Source of the DNA: an uncultured delta proteobacterium
GTDB lineage: Bacteria > Desulfobacterota > Binatia > Binatales > Binataceae
Assembly: GCA_963833025.1 (NCBI GenBank)
Contig: CAWHWI010000001.1
Location: 596,855 to 660,854 of the forward strand
DNA: 64,000 nucleotides
Reading direction: 5' to 3'
This document shows positions 40,736 to 50,384 of the stretch, in pieces. The translations under genes were made by a program, and so were the position numbers. The notes under the pieces were generated by a model that saw nothing but the letters and a program-made list of their open reading frames with translations, was not told the DNA's origin and did no database searches. Position 1 is the stretch's first letter, and every line of letters starts with the position of its first letter.

Positions 40736-41464
40736 CTAGTCCAATAGTTTGCCGAATCTGTTCCAGCGCAGTGGTAACACTCCTGGAGCGTCGTGATCCC
40801 ATGAGAAGTAGATCACTGACGCGCGCCCTTCGACGTCGTTCTCGTCGGCGAAACCCCAGAAGCGGCTGTCGAAGCTGTCGTCGCGGTTGTCGCCCATCAT
40901 GAAAAGCCTTCCGGGCGGCACTACCACCGGCCCCGGATCGAGTTCCGGATGACGCGGATCTCGCGGCGGAAAATTGTCAGCCGCTGAGAACGGTGAGCGA
41001 GCCGCCTCGCGCGGAGCGAAGTACGCATGCGGATCCGGCACTCGCGCGCCGTTGCGCCATACGACGCCGTCGATCACCTGGATCCGGTCGCCCGGCAGGC
41101 CGATCACGCGCTTGATCAGGTCGACGCCGCGCTCGCGCGGAGACTCGAACACGAGAATATCGCCGTGATGTACCGGCGCCAGGTGTATCAGGTACTTCCC
41201 GGTCGACAGCCTCGGCACCGGCAGGCCCGCGATCGTATCCGGGATGCGCAGGCCGTATGCGAGCTTGTTGACGAAAATATGGTCGCCCACCAGGATGGTC
41301 GGCTCCATCGACCCCGACGGAATCACGTAGGCCTGCACGAAAGACGAACGCATGACTATCGCGAGTATCAGCGCGATGCCGAGCGACTCGGCATACTGCC
41401 GCGCAGTCGACTTAGGCGGGCGTTGTTTTGGACTCATCATCGATTGCTCCTCGAGATTGTCCAC
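40736..41464 (-). CDS. lepB: Signal peptidase I
   Basis: SGSMEPTL (catalytic Ser), GDNRDDSFDSRFWG box E; N-terminal TM anchor. Confidence 0.85.
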   Translation of the reverse strand: MDNLEEQSMMSPKQRPPKSTARQYAESLGIALILAIVMRSSFVQAYVIPSGSMEPTILVGDHIFVNKLAYGLRIPDTIAGLPVPRLSTGKYLIHLAPVHHGDILVFESPRERGVDLIKRVIGLPGDRIQVIDGVVWRNGARVPDPHAYFAPREAARSPFSAADNFPPRDPRHPELDPGPVVVPPGRLFMMGDNRDDSFDSRFWGFADENDVEGRASVIYFSWDHDAPGVLPLRWNRFGKLLD

Positions 41465-41512
41465 TATGGCGCTGTAATCGTCGAGAGTGGGAGACCCCAG
41501 GCGGGAATCCCG

Positions 41513-44500
41513 CTATTCACCGGACCCGCTTAGCGGGATCGTCTGGTGCGCACTCGGTTGCGAGCCAGAGGTGATCGCATTTGCCGCGTTGTCAAAGATA
41601 GTCACCGCCGAGGGAGGTTGCGGGCCCGGCGCAGCCGGAATAAATTCCACCGTCAGGTTGCACGTTTTCTGCGGGAACAATTGCGGGGGGCAGTTCGTGG
41701 CCGATCCGGCAAACCCGAATTCCTGCGGCGTCATCACCGGGACCGAAAACGGGCTCGCAAAGGTGATCGGCGGCCCTTCCTCGGCCGAATTGCTCAGCGT
41801 GAATGTCACCGATTTCTCCTGTCCTACTTTTACACTGCCGAAATTACCCGACGGCGGATTGATAACCAGGTTTCCGGGAACTGGGGTCGCGGTCGGAGTG
41901 GGGGTCGGTGTCTTTCTGCCCTTCCGGACTTTGCCTGTCCCCTTGAGTGTAATCGTCCGCGACGGATCTGTTCCATTGTTCGCGATGACGAGCGTCGCGG
42001 TGCGAACGCCCGTATCGACGGGGGCGAAGGTGATCGCGACCTCGCACTTGGCGCCCGCGGCGAGCTGACCCACGCAGTTCTGCGAGGCGGAGAACTCGCT
42101 GTTGCTGGACTGGATCGAGCTGATCACGATGGGTGCGTCTTCTGTCATTTTATCGCTGAGCGTGAGCTCGGCAGGCTTGCTCACCGAACCAAGGTTAACG
42201 TCGCCGAAGTTAATCGCGTCCGGCTTGGTCCCGAGCGTCGCTTGTACCGGCGTTGGCGTGGCCGTAGGCGTGACGGTCGGAGTGGCTGTCGCGGTCGATG
42301 TCGCCGTCGCAGTAGCCGTGGCAGTCGCGGTCGCTGTGGGCGTAGCCGTGCCGGTTGCGGTGGCAGTTGGCGTCACAGTCACCGTGGCTGTCGCCGTAGC
42401 GGTCGCTGTTGGAGTTGCGGTTTGAGTCGCAGTGGCTGTCGGAGTTGAGGTTAATGTCGCCGTGGCGGTCGCAGTTGCCGTGGCCGTTGCAGTCGGCGTC
42501 GATGTGGCAGTGGCAGTCGGAGTTGCGGTTCGAGTCGCGGTGGCCGTGGCAGTTGCCGATGCCGTCGGCGATGCGGCGATGCTGATATTTGCAACGTAAG
42601 CGTTCTCACTTCCGCCGAGAGTCGGCTGCTCGCCGCTCGATGCGCCATTGAAGTTTGGAGAATCGGTGTACCCGGTCACATATGCGGAGCTGCCACCCGG
42701 ATCCGCTGAAATACCTGTACCAAAATCCCACTTGCTTCCACCCAGGTAGGTGGAGAAAGCCGCAGTCGAGCCAGCCGGATTGAGTTGAGTAACGAAGCTG
42801 TCGACTTCCTCGAAATCCCCTGCATATATGGTTCCGGTTACACTTGGGGTGACGGCAAGCGCATTGAAGTTGCCGGGGTGAAAACCATTGGGATAAATCG
42901 GGCTGAAGCTCGTGCCGGCATCGGCGCTCTTCAGAATTGTGTATTGATTATTGCTGCCGAAATATATTGTTCCGGGAGTGGTAGTCGGATCGACTGCAAC
43001 GCCCCCGCCATCCGTTCCGTATTCGAAAGTATTGTAGCTCGGACAGCCGAAGCAGTTGGCGAAGCCCCCGCTGCTTCCTACCAATCCTTGAAACTGAGTG
43101 CTCCCGTATATGACCGTTGGGTAGCTGGTCGGGTCCGCCGCCATGGACAGAATTGGAGAATATCCTATGGTCCGCAGGAAAGTGTTGTTGTTGGGATCGT
43201 AAAGTTCCGAAAACGATTCCGGAGGATTAGGCTCCCCTAATTGACCGCCAGCCCAAAGGACCTTTCCATTATTGAGCAGGATCGCAGGTGCAGACACGCC
43301 AAAGCCCGCAATATGAAAGGCGTTCATCAGGGTCGTAGGCGAAAATGTGGCGGTGGCTGGGTTATACAATTCAGCAGCGGTGAGCGCCGATGTATCACTG
43401 GCAACCCCTCCTGCCACCAGCACGAGCCCGTTGGTGAGGAGAACAGCCCCATGATCCGCCCTCGGCGTCGTCATGTTTCCGACCGAAGAAAATGTGCCCG
43501 ACGATGGGTCGTACAGCTCGGCGCCCGCCAAGTCGCCTATCCCCTCGTCTTGCCCGTCGGACGTGTTGGCGGTGCCGCCGGTGATCAACACCTTGCCATC
43601 TGGAAGCAACGTGGCCGTGTGAGCATGGCGGGCGTTAGCCATGCTGCCCGTGGCTGAAAAAGAGTTGGTCGAGGGATCGTATATCTCCGCAGTGGCCGTA
43701 GCCGCATTCGAGGACGTGATTCCGCCGGCGATCAACACCTTGCCGTTCGCCAGAAGAGTGGCAGTATGCTTGTAACGCAGCATCGTCATGTTGCCGGCCG
43801 TCAGAGTGAACGTTCCAGTCGTGGGATTGTAAAGCTCAGCGGTTCCGCCGGCGTCGAAGAAGTCGCCGCCCGCGACCAACACATCTCCGTCGAGATCGGT
43901 GCCGGTCCCCTGGAGAAGGGTGGCCGTGTCCAGGTAGCGTGGGGTCGTCATATTGCCTGTCGCAGTGAATGTGCCCCCGCTGAAAAGCTCAGCGCTCTTA
44001 AGAACGCTATCGGAAGAGTCGAGTCCTCCGGTCACCAGTACAGAGCCGTTCTCAAGCGTCGTCCCCGTGTGAATGGCCCGCGCCGTGATCATGCCGCCAG
44101 TGGTTGTCCAGCTACCGGCCGAGGGGCTGAAGATTTCCGCGCTCGCGGTGGGACTGGCGTAATCGGCGGCGGTATAACCGCCACTGGCTAGCACTGTGCC
44201 ATCGGAAAGAAGATCCAATGGAAAGATCTGGCGCGCGACGTTCATGCTGCCGGTCGCCTGAAAGTTGCTGGTTCGGAACAGTCCGTTCGCGGTACCCGCG
44301 TAGAGATTAGCGGGCGATTGCGGATCGACCAGCAGTGACAATACTTCAGTGTTTGGCAAAGTCGGAACAACCTGGAAACTGGCGCCCGCATCGGTGCTCT
44401 TCACGACCCCGCTCAATTGAGTGCCCGCATAGATCGTCGTGGGCGACGTGCTTGGGTCCTGGGCAAGGGACCTGACAATCTGGCCTGTCAGCGCAGTCGC

Positions 44501-46930
44501 ATTGAAAGTAGTGCCGCTGTCAGTACTTTTTAACAAGCCATTCGGAGTAGCGGCGTACACCGTGGTATGGTTATTCAAATCAACCAACGCGCCTGCTGGT
44601 TGGCCGGTAAGCCCGGTTGGGCTGAACGAAACGCCGCCGTCCGTACTCTTCAGAATTCCGCTTCGATTGGTTCCAACGTAGATCGTGCTGGTGTTAACCG
44701 GATCGATCGAGATGTCCAGCACAGCGCTCGCCATCGTGCTCTGCGCCGTCGGATTGAAGGTGGCGCCGTCGGTCGCTTTGAAGAGCTGGAAGAAAGGAGA
44801 CGATGGGCCTTGCAACGGACTCGCGAGCGGAAAATTCGTAAATGTCGTGACTCCGGTAACGTGGGCGCTTCCCCTCGAGTCCACCGATATCGCTTCCGCG
44901 GCATCAGCTCCGGTGTCACCAAGATAGGTGGAGTAAACAATTGAGCCACTGCTGTTGAGCTTCGTCACGAAAGCATCGTCGAAGCCCCCAAAAGTAGTCT
45001 GGAAGGCACCTGCAGTCGTCGGGAAATCCGTCGACCAGGTGAAGCCGGCGACGTAACTGTTGCAGTTCGATTGGCAACCCGGTTCCAGGGCGATTCCGTC
45101 GCCCTGGTCATAGCCTATACCGCCGAGATACCGTGCAAAGATCAGGTTGGTACCGGAACTGTTGAACTCGGCCACAAAGCAATCAGCGCCACCGTGATAC
45201 GCACCACCAACGGTGGTCGGTAAAGTCGCCACGTTGGCAATCCCCGTTATGAAGGCGTCGCCGGAGCCGTCCACCGCTATCGAGGCGCCATACAACCCAA
45301 TTCCATCATTCGCGGGTCCCGGACCGCCGGAATAGTAAGTCGAGTAGAGAAGCTGAGAACCGTCCGCGCTCACACTGGTAACGAAAGCATCAAACGCATT
45401 GGGCGCGGAGGTCTGGTACGCGCTCTCTGTCACGGGGAAATCACTCGTAGTTGTTTGACCGGTTATGAACGCGGTGCAGTTCGAGCTGCATCCGGCCGGA
45501 ATGGCGACGGAGGTCGCTACCGAGCCACCCACTCCTAGCGTGGGGTCCGTCGACGTGGAACCGCCAAGAAGTATCCCAAACACCAGAGACGAACCGTCGG
45601 AACTGAGTTTCGCTACGAAGGCGTCGTAGAGCCCGGCAAAACTCTGTCCCGCAGTTGTCGGAAAGTCTGAGGAATAAGTCTCTCCCGCGACATAGACCGC
45701 GCCAGTCGAATCGACCGTTATTCCGAGGCCCTCGTCGAATGACGAGCCGCCAAGGTAGGTGGAATAAACCAGTGCTCCGGCAGAATTAAACTTTGTGACA
45801 AAGGCATCGCAGCCGCCCTGCGCGGTGCCCAGATAGACCCCTGCGGTCACCGGGAAATTGGCCGAGCATGCGAATCCCGTCACGTAGGCATTGCTGCTCG
45901 CATCCGAAGCGACTGCAAGAGCCCCGTCCGGCCCTGAACCGCCCAGGTAGGTCGAGAAAGTCAGAATCGGATCGATGACGATCGGCCTGCTCCGATCGTA
46001 CTCCCCCACTTGCATTCCCGCCTCATGCGCGCCATGCAGCCGCCATCCGCCTCCTATCGTCCGCCGCGCGCCGCCGCGCTCCTGGTAAATCGCCGGCGCA
46101 TGCTCGACTAGCTTGCCCTTGCCGACGCTCACGATCAGATCGCCCTGCTTATCGAGGGCCAATTTGCCCGCACCGCGGAAGCTCAGCCGAATCGCATTCG
46201 GGTCGGCGCCGGGCGCAAGGCGGAAATCATACTCGAGCTGGCCCTGCGCGCTGCCGTGGTAGATCAGATCGATTCCCGGATAGACATTCTTGAGCTCGAC
46301 TTTGGCGTAGTTGGGAACATCCGTCCGCCATTTCTTCGGGTCCTTGCCGATGAAATAGTTGCTGCGGGCCGCCATCCGATCGACGCCGATAATTTGTGGC
46401 GTGCGCGCGGCGCCCTTGAGCCCGATTCGCACTACTGCCGGCTTGCCAACCTTCCCCAATGCCTCTTTCGCACCGCCAGCGGGCAACAACGAACGCGGCT
46501 GAAGCTTCTCGCGCAACCCGTCGCCTGCGGTCTTTCCGCGAATGGAAAATGTGGATGACGGCCCTCCTATCGCGCCGTGCAAACGGACCGCATCGCGCGA
46601 CGCGGCATCGCGCATCGACAACACCGCCTCGCGCGCAGTCAGAAACAGCGTGTATCCCTGTCCACGCGTTAGAAACTTCACCGCCGGATCGCTCTGGCCC
46701 AGGTTCGGCTCGAAGCTTAGCGGCATCTTCGATAAGGAAATTCGCGGCGCATGATTGGCCGCGACCATCGCCCGCGGCGACGGCAGCTCCGCATGATCGC
46801 TCGCGCGCGCGGACTGCGACGACGCGATCGTTCGCGGCGCGCGCATCGCCACCATCGCGGCGATCGCCGGTACAGCGATGCAGGCGACCACAATTACACC
46901 GATGTGGACGCTTCCGCCCCGTTTTTTCAT
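41513..46930 (-). CDS. Giant secreted protein (1805 aa): signal peptide, N-terminal DUF7948-like domain, SBBP beta-propeller repeats, Kelch/galactose-oxidase-like repeats, Thr/Ala/Pro-rich linker, two C-terminal choice-of-anchor-D (ASH/HYDIN-like) domains
   Basis: Repeated YSTYLGGS..DxGxGIAVDxxGxAYVTGxTxSxDFP units; ..GKVLxxGG.. Kelch blades; ATATATPTATAT linker; GDVNLGS..C..L..C.V.F.P domains. Confidence 0.85.
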   Translation of the reverse strand: MKKRGGSVHIGVIVVACIAVPAIAAMVAMRAPRTIASSQSARASDHAELPSPRAMVAANHAPRISLSKMPLSFEPNLGQSDPAVKFLTRGQGYTLFLTAREAVLSMRDAASRDAVRLHGAIGGPSSTFSIRGKTAGDGLREKLQPRSLLPAGGAKEALGKVGKPAVVRIGLKGAARTPQIIGVDRMAARSNYFIGKDPKKWRTDVPNYAKVELKNVYPGIDLIYHGSAQGQLEYDFRLAPGADPNAIRLSFRGAGKLALDKQGDLIVSVGKGKLVEHAPAIYQERGGARRTIGGGWRLHGAHEAGMQVGEYDRSRPIVIDPILTFSTYLGGSGPDGALAVASDASSNAYVTGFACSANFPVTAGVYLGTAQGGCDAFVTKFNSAGALVYSTYLGGSSFDEGLGITVDSTGAVYVAGETYSSDFPTTAGQSFAGLYDAFVAKLSSDGSSLVFGILLGGSTSTDPTLGVGGSVATSVAIPAGCSSNCTAFITGQTTTSDFPVTESAYQTSAPNAFDAFVTSVSADGSQLLYSTYYSGGPGPANDGIGLYGASIAVDGSGDAFITGIANVATLPTTVGGAYHGGADCFVAEFNSSGTNLIFARYLGGIGYDQGDGIALEPGCQSNCNSYVAGFTWSTDFPTTAGAFQTTFGGFDDAFVTKLNSSGSIVYSTYLGDTGADAAEAISVDSRGSAHVTGVTTFTNFPLASPLQGPSSPFFQLFKATDGATFNPTAQSTMASAVLDISIDPVNTSTIYVGTNRSGILKSTDGGVSFSPTGLTGQPAGALVDLNNHTTVYAATPNGLLKSTDSGTTFNATALTGQIVRSLAQDPSTSPTTIYAGTQLSGVVKSTDAGASFQVVPTLPNTEVLSLLVDPQSPANLYAGTANGLFRTSNFQATGSMNVARQIFPLDLLSDGTVLASGGYTAADYASPTASAEIFSPSAGSWTTTGGMITARAIHTGTTLENGSVLVTGGLDSSDSVLKSAELFSGGTFTATGNMTTPRYLDTATLLQGTGTDLDGDVLVAGGDFFDAGGTAELYNPTTGTFTLTAGNMTMLRYKHTATLLANGKVLIAGGITSSNAATATAEIYDPSTNSFSATGSMANARHAHTATLLPDGKVLITGGTANTSDGQDEGIGDLAGAELYDPSSGTFSSVGNMTTPRADHGAVLLTNGLVLVAGGVASDTSALTAAELYNPATATFSPTTLMNAFHIAGFGVSAPAILLNNGKVLWAGGQLGEPNPPESFSELYDPNNNTFLRTIGYSPILSMAADPTSYPTVIYGSTQFQGLVGSSGGFANCFGCPSYNTFEYGTDGGGVAVDPTTTPGTIYFGSNNQYTILKSADAGTSFSPIYPNGFHPGNFNALAVTPSVTGTIYAGDFEEVDSFVTQLNPAGSTAAFSTYLGGSKWDFGTGISADPGGSSAYVTGYTDSPNFNGASSGEQPTLGGSENAYVANISIAASPTASATATATATRTATPTATATSTPTATATATATATATLTSTPTATATQTATPTATATATATVTVTPTATATGTATPTATATATATATATSTATATPTVTPTATPTPVQATLGTKPDAINFGDVNLGSVSKPAELTLSDKMTEDAPIVISSIQSSNSEFSASQNCVGQLAAGAKCEVAITFAPVDTGVRTATLVIANNGTDPSRTITLKGTGKVRKGRKTPTPTPTATPVPGNLVINPPSGNFGSVKVGQEKSVTFTLSNSAEEGPPITFASPFSVPVMTPQEFGFAGSATNCPPQLFPQKTCNLTVEFIPAAPGPQPPSAVTIFDNAANAITSGSQPSAHQTIPLSGSGE
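42235..42575. repeat. Imperfect 6-nt-periodic tandem repeats (GCN GTN) encoding the Thr/Ala/Pro linker of the giant protein
   Basis: Direct reading of the sequence; opposite-strand ORFs giving AVAVAV peptides are artefacts of this repeat. Confidence 0.7.
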
Positions 46931-47084
46931 CCCTCTTTTCCCCCGGCTGGAGCAACCTGCCCGGAAGTCTCAAGTAACAGCAAGCCGCGCGCCCAGCAAA
47001 AAGCGAAGACCAGCCGCTTAGCTAGCAAAGCGGCGCGCGAGTGTCGAGGCAGTTTCTATGACGCCGCACAACCCGCTCCGCCAA

Positions 47085-47175
47085 ACCCGTTCTAACAGGG
47101 ACGAAGTCCCGCATCTTGATACTGGGTGCAGAGCCTGTCCTGAGCGAAGCCGAAGGAGGTCACCCCTGCTACATC
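47085..47175. repeat. Second, inverted copy of the hairpin-rich dispersed repeat seen at 10812-10997
   Basis: The reverse complement contains ..gcaggggtgacc-tccttcggc..ctgcacccagt..aagatgcgggacttcgtccctgttagaa.., shared with 10840-10912. Confidence 0.5.
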
Positions 47176-47915
47176 GCGAGGCCGCCGTCTACCTGGATTA
47201 CCGCGCCTGTGATGTAGGACGCGGCGTCGCTTAGCAGGAATGCCGCCATAGGTACTACGTCTTCGACTTTGCCGAAGCGGCCTAACGGGATCATCGTAAG
47301 TGCTTGCGCTCGATTCTCTTCGGGTAGTGACGCTGTCATGTCGGTTTCTATGAATCCCAGTGCGAGTGCGTTGACGCGGACACCTAGCCGACCTACTTCC
47401 TTTGCTATCGACTTTGTAAGTCCTATAAGTCCCGCCTTAGCGGCCGAATAGTTAGCCTGGCCCGGCAGTCCTATAAGCCCGCTGACCGATGTTATATTGA
47501 GAATCGATCCGCGCTTCGCTTTCATCATCATGAACGCCGCCGCGCGCGCGAAGTTGAACGCACCGGTCAGGTTCACGCGGATAACCTCGTTCCAGTCCTC
47601 TTCCGACATCATCACGAAGACCTTGTCGCGCGTCATGCCGGCGTTATTGACCAGCCCGTCGATTTGCCCGAATTCCTTCTTGGTCGCGTTGACCATCTCG
47701 CGCACGCTCTTCAAATCGCCGACATCGACCTTGTAGGCGAGCGCCTTCCCGCCGAGCTTCTCGATTTCGGCCTTGAGTTGCTCCGCCTGCTGATCGCTCT
47801 TGAGATAGTTGAACGACACGTTGGCGCCGCGCCGCGCGACTTCAATCGCGATCGCCCGGCCGATTCCGCGCGTCGCGCCGGTCACGATAACTCCCCGCCC
47901 TTCGAGATCTTTCAT
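47169..47915 (-). CDS. fabG: 3-oxoacyl-ACP reductase (SDR family)
   Basis: TGATRGIGRAIA Rossmann motif; catalytic S..YxxxK; 248 aa. Confidence 0.85.
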   Translation of the reverse strand: MKDLEGRGVIVTGATRGIGRAIAIEVARRGANVSFNYLKSDQQAEQLKAEIEKLGGKALAYKVDVGDLKSVREMVNATKKEFGQIDGLVNNAGMTRDKVFVMMSEEDWNEVIRVNLTGAFNFARAAAFMMMKAKRGSILNITSVSGLIGLPGQANYSAAKAGLIGLTKSIAKEVGRLGVRVNALALGFIETDMTASLPEENRAQALTMIPLGRFGKVEDVVPMAAFLLSDAASYITGAVIQVDGGLAM

Positions 47916-47936
47916 CTTTGGCTCCTACAAAAAACT

Positions 47937-48512
47937 TCACGCCGTGTCCGCAGCGGCCATTTCGCGCTCGAGCGTCGGCCGATACTGATCGATGTACGAC
48001 AGATAATTGTATCCGAAGGCGCGCTCAAGCTCGGCGTCGTACTTCGGCGGCTCGGCGCCGAGGTCCTTCGCGAGCCACGTCAGCACCATCCACTCCTCGG
48101 AGCGCGGCGCCTTGCGCAGCGCGTCGCGCCGGAGCATCACCTGGATCGGCTTGACGCCCGCAATATGCGCCAGCAGCGGGATCATCTCGCTCTCGTTGTT
48201 GGTCATTTCGTCGCGCGCGAACAGATTCACCGCGTAGATCAGCATCGTCGCGATACACGCCGCCACCGTCGCGGGCGTCGCGCGATCGCAATACATCCTG
48301 AGCGGGCCTTTGGGTGACAGCGCGTAGGCAAGGAAGTCGGCGTTGGCGTCGAGAATCGTCGAGATGAACTGAACGGCGCGCGGCGACCCTGCTTCGGCCA
48401 GGCGTGCGCGCGTCGCGTCGAGTCCCGGCTTCGCCAGCCGCCGCATGAAGCGCCGCCGCGCCGGAGACAGCCAATAGAGCAGACCCGCGAGCATCATTGA
48501 TCCGTGTAACAC
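47937..48512 (-). CDS. Hypothetical protein (191 aa)
   Basis: Complete ORF; no family recognised. Confidence 0.45.
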   Translation of the reverse strand: MLHGSMMLAGLLYWLSPARRRFMRRLAKPGLDATRARLAEAGSPRAVQFISTILDANADFLAYALSPKGPLRMYCDRATPATVAACIATMLIYAVNLFARDEMTNNESEMIPLLAHIAGVKPIQVMLRRDALRKAPRSEEWMVLTWLAKDLGAEPPKYDAELERAFGYNYLSYIDQYRPTLEREMAAADTA

Positions 48513-48523
48513 GGGGCCTTCTC

Positions 48524-48600
48524 CCTGAAAAGAAAAAGGCCGCCCGGTGAAGGCGGCCTGTCCGTCTGATCTCGGTTCCCCTCTCCTGAAGGGAGAGGGG
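48524..48600 (-). terminator. Two consecutive perfect hairpins downstream of erpA, the second followed by a U run
   Basis: cccctctcc-tgaag-ggagagggg (48578-48600) and ggccgcc-cggtgaa-ggcggcc (48538-48558), then UUUUUCUUUUC on the minus strand. Confidence 0.6.
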
Positions 48601-48617
48601 CTAGGGGAGAGGTGTCG

Positions 48618-49049
48618 CTACGCGCTGAACGATGACCCGCATCCGCAAGTGCGGCTCGCGCGCGGATTGTCAAAGCGGAATCCCGCGCCGTGCAGCCCTT
48701 CGACGTAGTCGAGCGTCGTGCCCGCGATATACGGCAGCGAGATCTCGTCGACGAACACCAGCACGCCGCCAAAATCCGTCACCCGGTCGCCTTCTTTCTG
48801 CGTGTCGAAGTTCAGCGAATACTGAAACCCGGAGCATCCGCCACCGACCACGCCGATTCGCATACCGTGATCCGCGCCAAGGCCTTCCTTCGCGCGCATC
48901 TTGCGGACCATCTCGACCGCCGTCGGCGTCAGCTTCACGTCGGGCAGCGACGCGGTGTCGATACGCTCGGCCGGCGCTTGCTGCTCGACATGCCCGTGTT
49001 CATGTTCATGCTCGTGCCCGTGATGCTCGATATGAAGTCCTTCGGCCAT
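48618..49049 (-). CDS. erpA: Fe-S cluster insertion protein, IscA/ErpA family, with a His-rich N-terminal extension
   Basis: C-terminal CGCGSSF motif and conserved internal Cys; N-terminal HIEHHGHEHEHEHGH. Confidence 0.8.
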   Translation of the reverse strand: MAEGLHIEHHGHEHEHEHGHVEQQAPAERIDTASLPDVKLTPTAVEMVRKMRAKEGLGADHGMRIGVVGGGCSGFQYSLNFDTQKEGDRVTDFGGVLVFVDEISLPYIAGTTLDYVEGLHGAGFRFDNPRASRTCGCGSSFSA

Positions 49050-49209
49050 TTTTGCTAGAAACCTCCGGTAAGCCGTAAAAAGTGAAGCAGTGCTTACAAG
49101 TCGATCGTGCGCCGCATCAAGAACCTAATCATAGCAAATAGTCGAGTCAATGCATCCACAATCAAACGGCGCGAAAAGGCCGCGCAGATGCTAGCGTTTT
49201 GACATCGCT

Positions 49210-50319
49210 ATGAATGTTTCACGCGAAACATTGACGCGCGCCGCCAACGAGTTGGGATTCGTCCTGGTTGGGTTCGCGCGGCTGCGTCAATTAAAGGAGC
49301 GCGAGGCGTTTTTTCGCCAATGGCTCGCCAGCGGCGGTCACGCCTCGATGACTTACCTGGGGCGCGAGCCTGAGCGCCGGTTCGACCCGCGCCGTCTCGA
49401 CGCTCGCTTCAAGTCGGTCGTGAGCCTGGGCTATCCGTACGCCACGTGCGCAATTCCGAACGTCGACTGGCGCGCGGAGATGCGCGGCAGAATCGCAGCG
49501 TACGCGCTCGGCCGCGATTATCACGAGGTCGTGCGGCGGCAGGCGCGCGCGGTTGGCAGGATGATCGCGCAACTTCGTCCCGGCTCGATCACGCGCTCGT
49601 ACGTCGACACCGGGCCGGTCTTCGAGCGCGAATGGGCGTCGGATGCGCGCATCGGATGGTTCGGCAAGAACACGATGATCCTGAACCGCGAGCACGGTTC
49701 GTACTTTTTTCTCGCCGAGATTTTTACCGATGCGGAATTCGAGGCGACGACCGAGCCTTACCGCGACCATTGCGGGACGTGCCGGCGATGCCTCGACTTG
49801 TGTCCGACCGGCGCGCTCGCCGACGGCTACGTGATGCGTTCGGACTTGTGCATCTCGTATCAGACGATAGAAAATCGCGGGCCGATTCCGTGCGAGTTGC
49901 GGCCCATGCTCGGCAACTGGATCTTCGGCTGCGACATTTGCAACGACGTCTGTCCATGGAACGGCGAGTCGGCGGCTGACGATGACGTGGACGAGCTCCT
50001 GCCGCGTTTGCCAGAGCTGCTCGCGCTCAGCGAGGACGAGTTCGGCCGCCGCTTCACCGTCAGCGCCGTGAAGCGCGCCAAGCGGCGCGGTCTGCTGCGC
50101 AACGTCGCGATCGCCCTGGGCAACACGCGAAATCCCGACGCGGTCGCGCCGCTTAGTCGCGCGATGCAGACCGAGAACGAGCCGTTGATCCGCTCGCATG
50201 CCGCGTGGGCGCTAGGACAGATCGGGGGAGTCGCCGCGCGACGCGCACTCGAGCGCGCGCTCCGCGACCGCGACACCGCGGTGCGCGACGAAGCTAAGGT
50301 GGCGCTGGAAACAATCTGA
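49210..50319 (+). CDS. queG: tRNA epoxyqueuosine(34) reductase
   Basis: CGTCRRCLDLCPTGAL 4Fe-4S motifs; C-terminal HEAT-like repeats; N-terminus LGF.LVGFAR. Confidence 0.85.
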   Translation: MNVSRETLTRAANELGFVLVGFARLRQLKEREAFFRQWLASGGHASMTYLGREPERRFDPRRLDARFKSVVSLGYPYATCAIPNVDWRAEMRGRIAAYALGRDYHEVVRRQARAVGRMIAQLRPGSITRSYVDTGPVFEREWASDARIGWFGKNTMILNREHGSYFFLAEIFTDAEFEATTEPYRDHCGTCRRCLDLCPTGALADGYVMRSDLCISYQTIENRGPIPCELRPMLGNWIFGCDICNDVCPWNGESAADDDVDELLPRLPELLALSEDEFGRRFTVSAVKRAKRRGLLRNVAIALGNTRNPDAVAPLSRAMQTENEPLIRSHAAWALGQIGGVAARRALERALRDRDTAVRDEAKVALETI

Positions 50320-50384
50320 ACAAACTGATCGTGGCGGCTTGTCAAAGCGTCCGCGCAAAGCAAGACTGTTACGAACGGGGCCAT

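Noticed and set aside
42102-42425. ORFs on the plus strand encoding poly-(AV) peptides
   Set aside because: These are antisense artefacts of the GCN-GTN tandem repeat that encodes the Thr/Ala linker of the giant minus-strand gene.
42235-42575. Possible CRISPR-like periodic repeat
   Set aside because: The periodicity is 6 nt and lies entirely inside a coding region, encoding a TA/TP linker. There is no repeat-spacer structure and no cas genes.
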